Positions 26,188 through 37,800 of a DNA stretch of 64,000 bases are shown in pieces (positions within the stretch are counted from its first letter, which is position 1; each line of letters opens with the position of its first letter). This DNA comes from Schizochytrium sp. TIO01 (Eukaryota; Protista; Bigyra: Labyrinthulomycetes), in contig SMSO01000032.1 in the NCBI GenBank assembly GCA_004764695.1, positions 4,062,483-4,126,482 on the forward strand, written 5' to 3'. The notes beneath the pieces were generated by a model, which was given only the letters and a program-made list of their open reading frames with translations, was not told where the DNA came from and ran no database searches. Position numbers and translations under genes: made by a program.

Positions 26188-29100
26188 ATGGAGGTAAAGC
26201 TACGCGAAGCACACTTGGCCACTGGACGAAAGACTCCGAACTATTGCAGTTTCGCTTCAAGGAGACGATACTCCAAATACATGTGACCTTGCGAACCTCG
26301 GCGTTAGTGATGAAGATGTACAAAAATACCTCGGACCAGGTCTCTCCAAGAACATCACACTATCTAGATTGTATCTGCAGGGAAATAAACTTGGTAAAAT
26401 TGGTGTCCTGCAGATCTTTGAAAGCCTCTCGACCAATCTTCGACTTGTGGAGCTCAACCTAAGCGACAATCCCATCGGCCCTGATGGACTGAAGGCTATT
26501 GCACTGTTGCTACCCAAAAACGACGGTTTACATACGTTGCGGCTAGCCCGGACTAATTTAACTGGTGCTGCTGCAAGCGAAATCTCCATTGCAGCCGCTG
26601 GTTTACAAAACTTTGGCGCGGCTCTTCGGATCCACCCAACTTTGCATGTTCTGGACATCGCTGGGAATTGTTTAACAGACTTTGGAGAGTCAGAACAAGG
26701 CTTTCAAAATCTCTTAGAGGGGATTTGTGGGAGCCGTAGTCTTTCCAGTCTTGACCTATCACACAATGACCTTGGGGCATCAGGAGCAAAGCTTGTGGTT
26801 GAGGTTCTCCGAAGCTTCCCCGACGCCCCCATAGACGACCTCCTTTTGGCCTCGAACCGAATTCAAACTGATGGCGCCAAGCATGTAGCATGCCTTCTTG
26901 CTGACCAGTCTGCACGGGCAATTCGTAGACTTGACCTACGCAATAACGACCTTTCCAAAAAAGGGACGGACAATACAGGATTAATAGCATTGGCCTCTGC
27001 ACTCCAGAGGCGTCCCGACGACCAGAATGGAAATAAATCATTATGGTCATTGGATCTTCGAGAAAATCACTTAACATGCTCCGACATTGACCTTTTCGTA
27101 AAAGCATTATGTTGGAACTGTACACTTGTAGACTTCAAAGCAGAACCTCCGCAATGCAGTTGCAAAATACTTCATTCTGCGGCGGAGTCTCTTATAAAGG
27201 AACGCATGGCAACGAACGAGGCCGCTACACGAGCTCTTAGTAATCAAGCAGCATTTGATCCCAAAGAAAGAGCTGCTATTGTCCGCAGGGCCATCAGATG
27301 TGGGGCAATGCTTACACTTAACCGGCTTCTTGACATCGATGAACAAACTGCAAGTTTGGATGAAATTCACCTGATCGAAGACACTCTGGCAATACATTCC
27401 CCCAAGTCTCGTCGAACACCACTTCACGATGCTGTTCATTGCAAGAATGGCGACGCTTTAGACATACTGTTGCGACATCAAAATCCTGTAAACGCAACTG
27501 ATCGAGAAGCTCGAACCCCTCTTCACACGGCAGCAGCGGAGGATGAACTTGGGAATTGCACTTCTCTTGGTTGAACACGGGGCAAGTATTTTTCCAAAAG
27601 ATCGACATAATAAGCTCCCAGGACAGATGTTTTCGCAAGTCTGGATGCAAAACGAGCTCCTCTGTGCAGCTAGTCGTCTAGATGCAGTTGTTCTGTGTGG
27701 TACAGACACAGCTGATATTCGTTTTGCTGCTCGTCTAGCCCATCATTTGCATAATGACCATGATTTAAAAGTAAGTTTCGTCACACCAGACGACCAAACC
27801 TCTTTGGATTTGTTTAAAAATCCTAATCTACGAAGTGCTGTGCTTCTGGTCATCATGAGCGAGGCAAGCGCGGCCTCTAGATATTTTCGTGGCTTAGTGA
27901 AACAGGCTCGCAAAGTTTGTGGGGGTGGATCATCAGCAAAATGTTCAACTATAGTTCCAGCATTGCCGTTCCTCTGTATTCAGTGTAGCGATGAACTTGG
28001 GCCTGCTGTACTTTCAGATCCTCTGTTCCTAGAAGCCGAGGGTACGTTTAACCTTTCTATCTGGGCTGAGCTTTCTGTAGAACACTGGAGAAAAATTGAT
28101 ATCTTTTCCCAACAAAACCTAGCCGGCAAGGTACAAGATACGAAGAGCAGCTCAAGAGATGAGTTTAACAATGACAAAATACGAGTAACAGAAACTCTAC
28201 GGAAAAAATCAGTTCTTCGTGAGGCCTCTCAACGCCGGTTTAGGCCAACACTTCTTCAGACCTTACAAGGAGCATGGCCTTCACCCCAGCCTGGAGTGGT
28301 AGATGATCTGGCCCAAAAAGTTCGTACTCTTGGCCAATCTCTTCGAAAGGAGATGCGACAACGAATTGCAAAGTCGTTAAACCTAGATAGGCATGAATGG
28401 GAACTCCGCAAGCTAGTCAGTTCCCACGTTTCTTTCATAGCAATCATTTATATTCAGAAATCCCACACAGCAAAACAAGCAGCATTGGAGACTGCATCCG
28501 AGCTTCAAAAGGCAAATTTGCAAACCTGGAGTTGTCCAACAACTATAGGCTGCCACGACAATATTTTGCAGACTGGTCTAACTGCAGCTTGTGCAGTATT
28601 CATAATTCGAGAAACATCTTCACAAGCAGAAGAAGACACCGCTCTTGACACAATCGAGAAGTTTGTAGGCCCTGGGCGAGCTTTTCCAGTTCTTTCTCAT
28701 CGAGGTCAGTGCTATACGCCCCTAAATGGGCATGCTCTTGTGGCCCAGCTCGGCGAGCTTGGCATTGAGGTCACGCCGCAATATAGAACTGTTTCTGAAC
28801 TGGAAGCTAGGCACAACCTAGAGTATGAACTGCATCAACAACGAAAAGCCTTACAGATCAGACAAGACCTCTGTCGAGACCTCGTGCTGCAAGCTCGACG
28901 CTACGAGCAGCGTTTCCGTCAAGCACTCAGCATCCTCAACCCTGTCCAGGCTAAACGCAAATTGTCCGCGCCCCAGACCAGAATCCGCGACCTTGAAAAG
29001 GAACTGTTGCGGCTTCGCTCGAGTGGACTTCAGGATGATGAGCAAGTAGCAGTTCCCGAAACTATACGCGACACAGTGCATCTATACTCTGACGGCATTC

Positions 29101-29348
29101 TTCGTGAGGCCTTACAGAACGACGGTTCCTGTGCTTTGACGATGGGTGAGCTGAAGCACGCTCTTACAAAAGAGCTTGAATTCGCGCGACAAACGAGCGC
29201 TGCAGTTCGTGTTCAGGCCGCTTGGCGAGGCTGCTACGCCCGCGAATTACGACGGCGTGCAGCAAGAGTTGCCGCTGCTGTGCGCATTCAACGAGCTTTT
29301 CGGGCCTACCGCCAAAGGTCGTCAGCCTGGATGATTTTGCAATGGTGA
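26188..29348 (+). CDS. LRR (RNI/NLRC3-like) - ankyrin - two TIR-like domains - coiled coil - two IQ motifs; frame broken by +1 base at 27551-27553; 5' end unresolved
   Basis: LRRs (LYLQGNKLG, LNLSDNPIG, LDIAGNCL, LDLSHNDLG, LDLRNNDL); ankyrins (RTPLHDA, RTPLHTAA); the second ankyrin repeat continues in the +1 frame (ELG-IALLLVEHGA); IQ motifs VQAAWRGCYAR and IQRAFRAYRQR. The LRR frame is open from 26198 without an ATG; ATG 26188 is in another frame. Confidence 0.75.
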
Positions 29349-30543
29349 CCTAAATCGCTGTTTGCAGCTATCTAATTGTAATTATTGATTATTAAAAAAA
29401 TAAAATTATTCAACTTTATTAAAAATCTATCAAAAGTCAAATGAGTTCACCACACGAAACAGGTAAAGTTTCTTGTGTTTTGCACTACAAGTAGATATCT
29501 ATATAAATATACGACTATCAGCTCATTTTAGAGAATCATGATATGAGGTGGGAGAGAAAACCAGGAGGACTTAGACGGAGGTTCGTGAATGAGGTATTTC
29601 ACAGTAATAAAAAATACTGAAGGGTTGTAGGTAATCAAAACAATCTTATAATGCGAAATTTACAACACAAGAATCCTGTACAGCTTAGTCATACTCTTCA
29701 ACTTGCTTCAACTCGCTTCAACTTACTTCTTTGTCACTTGGTTGGGGTTTCTTGAAGATTGGCCCTTTGAAGAGAAACGCATTCGCGAGAGCAGTAGATA
29801 GGTAGGTGAGCAGGTATTTCAATGCAGGTTCGAGCAAGAGCCATTTTTGTGATATATGAATTTTGGCCAAACTTGAAGTAAAGCAGCTGAGAGAAATATC
29901 ATCAGGCTAGTGAGAGCGAGTGAGTGCAAGCCGATTTTCTCTTCCTAGTTGAACTGAGCGACCGTTCGAAAGCTTGGCAGCCTTTAAGATCTTCACAGTT
30001 AGCCCATGGATGCAGGTAGGCAGCTGAGGCAGTCGGAAGTATGTTGAGTGACTAGGTACCTACTCTCTCTCGCAAGCACTACCAGAAAAGAGAATAACTT
30101 CCTTTTGCACGTAGCACTATGCTCGCCAGATGATGATGCCCAAGACCATTTAATTGCACTCGAGCCACAGAGCAAAAATGGCATCATGCACTCCACCTAC
30201 GCACGCAAAGCAACATCTTCCACTCCAATAGATAGACACGACATCGTTCAACTTTTTTTGCCATGGATCTGCCTACCGATTCAGGCTCACAATCATTCCC
30301 ACACAAACTATGTAATCAATCAAACAAATGTAAGTTGTCTTGCAACCCTGAGAATGAGGCATTGCAAGAGCTTTCTAGCTGTGAAATAATGTCAACAACT
30401 TCTCGCTGCGAAGTAGAGGCGGCGAGAAGTCAATCCAACTCGTCTATGAGCTGGAAATGGGCCGCCGTTCCCAAGAGAACGCCGTATTCTCGTGGAGGCG
30501 CGCCTACAAAAGCAGGGTCCCGGAATCGTGCTTTAGGAACTTG

Positions 30544-30577
30544 GAGGGCAATTACCGGAATTCCGGTAAGTGCCCTC
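30544..30577. promoter_or_regulatory. 34-bp near-perfect palindrome upstream of the His fusion gene
   Basis: GAGGGCAATTACCGGAA|TTCCGGTAAGTGCCCTC, 16 of 17 pairs match; function inferred only. Confidence 0.55.
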
Positions 30578-30690
30578 TCCGGGCAATCTCTGGTGCCCCG
30601 CGCTCGCTGCGAGCAAACCCAACTCGACCCTCGCGGTCGGTGATGCAAGCGCTCGCTCGGTGGCTAAACTCTAGCAACCCCGACAAGAAG

Positions 30691-33600
30691 ATGCAGTCTG
30701 AAGACCCTACGTTGCAGTTTGTCCGTAGCGACTTTCTGGACCTTCCGCAGTAAGTTGATTCACGGCGCAGATCGACGTCATGATTGAATGTAATGCAATG
30801 ATTGCCCCCTTGCTATTGTAGTCGTTGCGTATGCACACGAAGGAGTGAAAATGTCTGTGGAGGTGCCCCTCTGTCACGCAGAGAAGTGCAAGCATACCGA
30901 GGGCTGGACAGGCTCGGATTCCGAGTATCAAAGCTTAGCGACGTTTCTTGCTCGGCCTCTTGATCTTCTCCTAGATGTTTGCACGCTCACTCTTTTACAT
31001 CTTCGAGATTGCGTTGCATCGCGTAAATCATCGCAATGAAAAGGCTCAATCGTGCGTTGTATTGCGCGCGATTGAGGCATACTCAATCTTCGAATGTGAC
31101 GTGTCGAAGAAAAGAAAATAAGACAAGCTTTCAAAGTCGAAGATGTGAAACCAAGTGTGAGCAAATGCCTAGACAGCTCTATAGATAATATTCATGGTGA
31201 AACATAATTAGCCATGAGCGAGAGAGGGAGGTTGAGTTACAAGTAGATCTGGTTCATTCATTCATCAACGACAATGATGGAATTTCTTGCGTAGAGTGCA
31301 TAAAAGTTGATCTGAAAACTGACGTGGAGGTGTATGATATCGGTGGTTCGGTGATATAATCATTCACGTTACAATCTTGTTTGGATTCGTTCATGCATAG
31401 GTACTCTCCAATTCAACCCCTTGATGTGGTTGCCGCGGAGATCGGCGTGCCTATTGAACGGCTCGCCAAGCTCGATGCGAATGAAAATCTTTATGGGCCT
31501 ATGCCTGAGGTAGTTGAAGCCGTCCGCAACACGGAGTTCATGCACATCTACCCAGACCCGGCACAGACTTACCTGCGTCAGGATCTTGCCGAGTACATTG
31601 GCGAGGGTGTTGGTCCTGAGCACATCTGTGCAGGTGTTGGATCTGATGAGCTCCTTGACCTGTTGATTCGCTTGGTTGAGCCTGGTTCGGGCATCATCAC
31701 AGCCCCGCCTACTTTTGGCATGTATTCTTTCCTTGGACAGATTGCTCGTTCCCAGGTTATTGAGGTTCCACGCACTGACGCTCCCAGTTTTGACCTGGAT
31801 GTTGAGGGAATTGTTGACAAGATCCGTAACGAGGATGGAAAGCTTGTTTTCGTTGCCTCGCCCAACAATCCAACTGGTGGTCTCATGACTGAGGATCAGG
31901 TTCGCAAGATCTGTGCTGAGAACTGCCTTCTAGTTGTCGACGAGGCGTACGCGGAGTTCAGTGGTGGCAGTGCTGTGGGCCTTATTCACGAGTTCCCTAA
32001 CCTTGTTGTACTTCGTACTTTTAGCAAGTGGGCCGGTCTGGCTGGTCTCCGCGTTGGGTTTTCGATTGCCCACCCCAAGCTCACAGAGAAGCTCTTGGCC
32101 ATCAAGCAGCCTTACAACATTAACGTTGCTACTGAGGCTGGCGCCCGTGCTGCTCTTGGCGTCAAGGACAAGATCGTGGAAGAGCACATCAAACCTATTC
32201 TTGCAGAGCGCACTCGTATGTTGGTCCTTCTGCAGGAATTCAACTGGCTCGAGCCGGTACCTTCTGTCTCGAACTTCGTTTTGTTCAAGGTTTCATCACC
32301 TATGAACGCCGACTATCTTCACAAGGAGCTTCGCCGCCGTGGTGTCCTCGTTCGCTACTATCCCAAGGGCACTCTCGCTGGCTTTGTCCGAATTAGCTGT
32401 GGCCGCCCTCAGGATACTGATATTCTCGTCGAGGCTCTTCGTGATATTGAAATACCCTCTACAGAGGGCCAGACGCAGGCACTCCGGGCCCCGCGTGCAC
32501 TCCTGCTCGATATGGACGGCGTTCTTGCGGAGGTTTCGCAGTCTTACCGCCAAGCAATCATCAAGACTGCAGAAGCTTTTGGTGTCCAGGTAACTTCAGC
32601 AGACATTCACGCAGCAAAGCTTGAAGGGTGATGCTAACGATGACTGGAAGCTTACCCATAAGCTTGTCGCCAAGCAATTGGGTGATTCCGCTCCTTCTTT
32701 AGATGAGATCACCGAAAAGTTTCAGGAGTTTTACCTTGGTACGGATTCTACCGCTGGCCTTCGTGACCTCGAGAGCCTGATTCCTTCACGTGCACTCCTT
32801 GTTGAGCTTCGTAAGCGATGCCCGCTAGGCATGGCGATTGTAACCGGTCGCCCTAGAGATGAGGCGCTCCATTTTCTCGACCTGTACAACTTGCGCTCCT
32901 TGGTTTCTGATGGAGCAGGGCAGCCTATCATGGTTTGCATGCATGAAGCGCCATCAAAGCCTAACCCTGCACCCGTTCTTCTCGCTCTCGAGCGTCTGGG
33001 TGGTGTCGCTCCTTCCGAGGCTGTGATGGTCGGTGATACTCCTGACGATATGCGTGCTGCATGTGCTGCTGGAGTTCGCGCTTGTGGTGTACTAACACCA
33101 GATTCCAGTGCGGAGTCTATGAAGTCTGTTGAGGCTGCATTATACTCTGCGGGTGCGAGCAAAGTTCTCGCGCCTGGCTTTGTGGATCTACTAGAAGTGT
33201 TCCAGTCGGTATCTGCCACTGCAGTTTCGAGCTGTGCTGTCCCACGTAGCCCCGCTGCTATGGGTAGTGGTCTTAAAACATCTGGTTCTCGCCAAGGCAC
33301 CGTTGAGCGTAAGACTAAGGAAACTTCTATCCAGGTCACTGTAAACCTCGATGGCACTGGGTCTTCTGATGTCAGTACTGGCATTGGCTTTTTAGATCAC
33401 ATGATCGATGCTCTTTCCAAGCACTCTCGTGTGGACATCAACGCTCGTTGCAAGGGCGACCTTTGGATTGACGATCACCACACTGCAGAGGATGTGGGAA
33501 TTGCTCTTGGTGAGGCTTTCGATATCGCTCTTGGTTCTCGAAAGGGCATTGTTCGCTGGGGTTATGCCATGTGCCCGCTAGATGAAGCTCTCTCCCGCGC

Positions 33601-33868
33601 TGTGGTCGATATTAGCAGCCGTCCTTATGCCGAGATTGACTTCGGCTTTCGCCGTGAGATGATTGGCACTATTTCTACTGAAATGCTTACTCATTTTGTC
33701 CAGTCCTTTGTAACTGCGTCGCGTCTCACTGTTCACGTGCACTGTCTGCATGGTGATAATGATCACCACCGTGCTGAGTCTGGCTTCAAGGCTTTGGCAG
33801 TAGCCCTGCGCATGGCAATTGGCCCGGATGCAAGTGCGGGAGTGCCATCTACGAAGGGTGTGCTGTAA
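30691..33868 (+). CDS. hisC-hisB: Trifunctional histidine-biosynthesis protein: histidinol-phosphate aminotransferase + HAD hydrolase (putative histidinol-phosphatase) + imidazoleglycerol-phosphate dehydratase. Exon 1 30691-30749, intron 30750-31400, exon 2 31401-33868 with +1 frameshift at 32626-32628
   Basis: Splicing CA|gtaagt...catag|G gives [29 protein letters not shown]. HisC motifs: [36 protein letters not shown] (PLP Lys). HAD motifs: [29 protein letters not shown] motifs: [39 protein letters not shown]. Confidence 0.93.
30750..31400 (+). other. Spliceosomal GT-AG intron (651 nt) in the His fusion gene
   Basis: GTAAGT donor, TAG acceptor; removal restores a HisC-like N-terminus in frame. 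Confidence 0.85.
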
Positions 33869-34852
33869 AAAGGCTATAATAGTCATTTGTGCGTTGGGAA
33901 GAAGTTACAATCCTTATGACAGCCTTTGAATCCGTCCTTGAAGATCTGGCTCGGTGAAGTTTGTTCTTTGACCTTATTGCAGGTTCGAGAGTATAAATTG
34001 TAGGTTAGAACCTACCATCTTTTCTTATCCGACAAAATTAAACCTAACAGGTAATGATATGAAGTTTGAAATTAATTTCCACTTTTTTGATATTTCCTTT
34101 CTTTCCTGCGAACATTGTTGTTGTGCTAATTCGAGTTTCATGCTTCGTGAGTGTTTAGAATCAACATGGCCTCGAAAACAGTTTTAAACACTTTACTATG
34201 GTTTATTTCGCAATAAACATGGATTTAGGTAGTCCGACGAGTACTAGACCTCCTCGTTGGGACAGTGAATCGACCTTTTTAGTGTCTACCTTTTTAAAAA
34301 CTTTTGAATTTTATTCAGTGTCTTCTTTCTCAGCTTGATGTTCCTTTGCCTTTTGTCAATACTTCAGTGAATAAGATCATCAGCATGGTATTTTCAAGTC
34401 AACCGTTCGACATTTAAAATGTTGTCAAATAGTATTAGCCTGTACCGTTCTAATATTACCTGATCTCTATCATTTGTATGAGCTCGAGATCGACCATTAT
34501 AGTTTGACAAACCCAGTATTTGTTAGAGTGTCTTTAGGTTGATTTATATTCCAAATCTGCAAGGATAGCCTCACGGAATTGATATATGTGATGCGCAACA
34601 CAAAGTCGGGTTCGTGCTTTGCAGGGAGATTTAGGAATAACACTCATTATTGCTATTAAGCGATACTAAAAACCTGTCGCAGGTTATATATTCTATCCAC
34701 CATTAGAAACTTTGGAGGAGTCAAAATGCACAATTGATCGTAATATTTGGAGAAGAGAAGGAGTCTAGAACTCCAATTGGAAAACAATCCATACTTTATA
34801 ATTAAAATTTATATTTGCTGGTTGGAAAACTAAGACATGAAACCTGGAACAT

Positions 34853-37800
34853 CTACCTCCGCTTGCGTCCGATCTTAAATTCTTTCGTGATAAATCGTCT
34901 CAAAGAAGGTAAGCGGTTGTAGAGTTCCTCTGGTACCATGAGAAGGAGTCGTCTCGTACGTTTCAACTCATTGTCGAGACTTCTGATGATACCGCGAACA
35001 AGGAAGAAGTAAACCCCAAATGTCATGGAAAGGTAAACAGCCAAAATAACATGCCGCGTTGTCCTATCCGAAGTTAGTTGAGAGGTCACCTCACTCACGT
35101 ACAGTTTTACAGACGTTGTAAACTGGACTTGCAAGAAGTTTTCTTCAAGCTTCAAGAGTTCTTGTAAGGTCGAAGACAAAATGGTCTGATTGACGAGAGA
35201 CTCTGATCTGTTCATAGGAGCTAAAACGTTCATTTCTTCGTTGAGTTCTTGGAGAAATTGTCGAGTTGCATCGAGCACCCCCCCTGCTACAACTCCGTGT
35301 CGATATTCTTCACAGACAGTGATATTGTCTCCGGGCCAGTTATAACAGCCATTTTCCAAAAGGAGGACAATCTGAAGTGGGTCATTGTTGGACTGCAGGA
35401 GTCCATTGCTAGTATCCTTGTTATTCGAGCTTCCTTCAAATAAAACATGCATCACATGTTTGAACATTGCGCTTGTCTGTGATACATTTTGGAGAGTAGC
35501 GGCATATGTGGGACCAGCACTCATCTCCGTCCCAGCAAGATAAACAAAAAGTATATGTTTTAAGAGTCGTAGGGTTGCTCTTCGCAGTCCAGAATAATTT
35601 ACTGATGTGGGTACCTGGAGTAGATAGCCAATGTTGAGATAGAAACCCAGTGTATAATTAAATACGTAGAAGATGAATGCCGCAAGCGCCGGCACAGCCA
35701 TCTTAGCCAAAATTTTAAGCTGCGCAACCATGTCTGAGCGTGCATGCCGAAGTCGAGATTCTAATCGACCATCTGTATCCTGACGCTCCAAAGGAACAAC
35801 AATAGATGTATTAGCCTGCTGCAAAGCCCGACGCCTGCGAATTGCAGATCGAATATTGTTAATACGAGCAAGAAAATTGAGATATACTCGTACAAATACA
35901 CGCAAGCATCCTCGAAAAGCGTCAGTTGGAACTATGTATTCTTCTCCCCAATCATCTTCCTCATAACGATCTTCCATGACCCATCCAACGAACGTATTTG
36001 GATCAAAGTTTGACGTACGAGAGTCCGAGTGTTTTCTCTCAGAACTCTTCTCAAAACCTTTGCCACTATCACCACCATTCTCTTCTTCAGTTACCTCTTT
36101 GATTGACATCGTGGCCCCTACATTCTCCACTGTTTGAACTCGTGCCGCGGCTTGAACTAGGCGAAGTTCAGCTTCTTTCTTAGGACTACGTTTGGCAGCC
36201 TTCTTAGAAGATTCTTTATCTGAGTTATTCTTACGCTCAGCGTCCCACGACGAATTGCCACCAAGTTGACTTTCAAGCACTTCATTTGCAACTTCATGCA
36301 CCTCAAGAAGACGTTTCCGGCAGCGAACCGAGATTGTTGAGATAGATTTAGGAGGAATCGACTTTAGGACCTCCAAGACCTCCATTTTGTTTCGCTCTAC
36401 TAGCTTTACCAATGGCCAAATAAAATATGCGAGTAATAAAATCTGCATAAAACTCGAAACGCCCATTGAAATCCAAAAGAACGGAATCAAGCTCTGAATC
36501 TCACTCTGGGCTAGGTCCTGAAAAAGAAACGTTGTTCTATTTACAATGTCCAGATAGGAGTCAGTGTCATATATTTGAGTGAGTAACATGTGCACGTTGA
36601 CATTGTCAATAGTGAATTCCTCCAAAGGTGTATTAATCAAAGTTGCTGCAGCACCAGCAATGATACTTGTTGCATCGTACATCGTCGTGTGGATATCAGA
36701 GCTTTCACTGTTACTGAGAACGCTTAGCTGTACTCCTTTGCTACCATAGACCCCTTGCAGATCTGTAGACATGTCCCTCATACTGAAAGCAATTTGTTCA
36801 ATTTCTCTGAGACTATCAAGGTTTGAACTAAGTTCCTCACGAAGATAACTCTCTGAAATGGTCTCAGGAAGAACAATGCCAAGGTTTTTCAACATTAGTA
36901 GATGCGTACAGTAAGCCAATGATATAGTGTTGAATCGTCGGTATCCAGCTCGATTCAGGAAGGTTACCTCACTCGCAAAGTTTTCAAGATTTCGTTCTTG
37001 AATAACATAGTACACAATCGAGAAAAGCAAGACTACCATGAGGCAAATGACATAGACAACACTTAATCGTTGTAACTGAGGCGACATCTTCTTTCCTGTA
37101 CCTTCTGCTTGCAAGAGTCGTCGGAGGTACATCCCTGCTACCGTCGACTGCGAGCCAGCGGATTCTTTTGACCCAACAGAACTACCAGACTTTGACCCTG
37201 GCGATTTTGGGTTAGCTTTCGTGAGGTTTGCTTCACCAAGTGCAAGTGAGGTATTCAGGTAAGTTAGCTTGTCACCACCTTCTTCTTCCAAATTATCTGA
37301 GACCTCTGAGATTCCATCCGAGTCTATCGAATTAGAATCCATTCCGTTTGTATCTGAACTGCCACGGCGGGATGGCATCAGCTGAGCTGCAAGCTTAGTT
37401 ACTACACGTATGGTAATTTTATCCATGCTAAACCCTTCATAGTCGAATGATTCAACTTTCATTTCAATAACATCTAGCTCATCCACAAACTCTTCACGAA
37501 GATTTGCAAACTGACATTTCACAAACCCGCCTGAGAGTAAGCATTGATCAACAACCAACTCAGGATCTTCAATGATGTCTTTTAGATCAATTGATGACCC
37601 AAAAAGCATGTTGTGCATGTCTAGAAGGGTCGTGAACTTTTCGAGCAAGAAAGAACCTGCATCTGACGCTGCAATAATTCGGCCACCCTCATAGTCCTTG
37701 GAAAAGAGGAAAAAGCCTTGGTTGGCAATATCTTCACCAAAACCAAACTGTGCATCCTTGAGTGACTGTTCATCAGGAACAAAGGACAGAAACATAGTGA

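Noticed and set aside
32590-32626. A 37-nt GT..AG mini-intron (CAG|GTAACT...GAAG|) would also repair the His frameshift
   Set aside because: It would delete [12 protein letters not shown], which reads as the expected HAD cap segment before GxANxDW; there is no pyrimidine tract, the acceptor is AAG, and other introns here are 240-650 nt
32731-33384. 217-aa antisense ORF, and similar ORFs opposite EDR2-C, borealin and the LRR gene
   Set aside because: Shadow ORFs produced by codon bias of the real genes on the other strand
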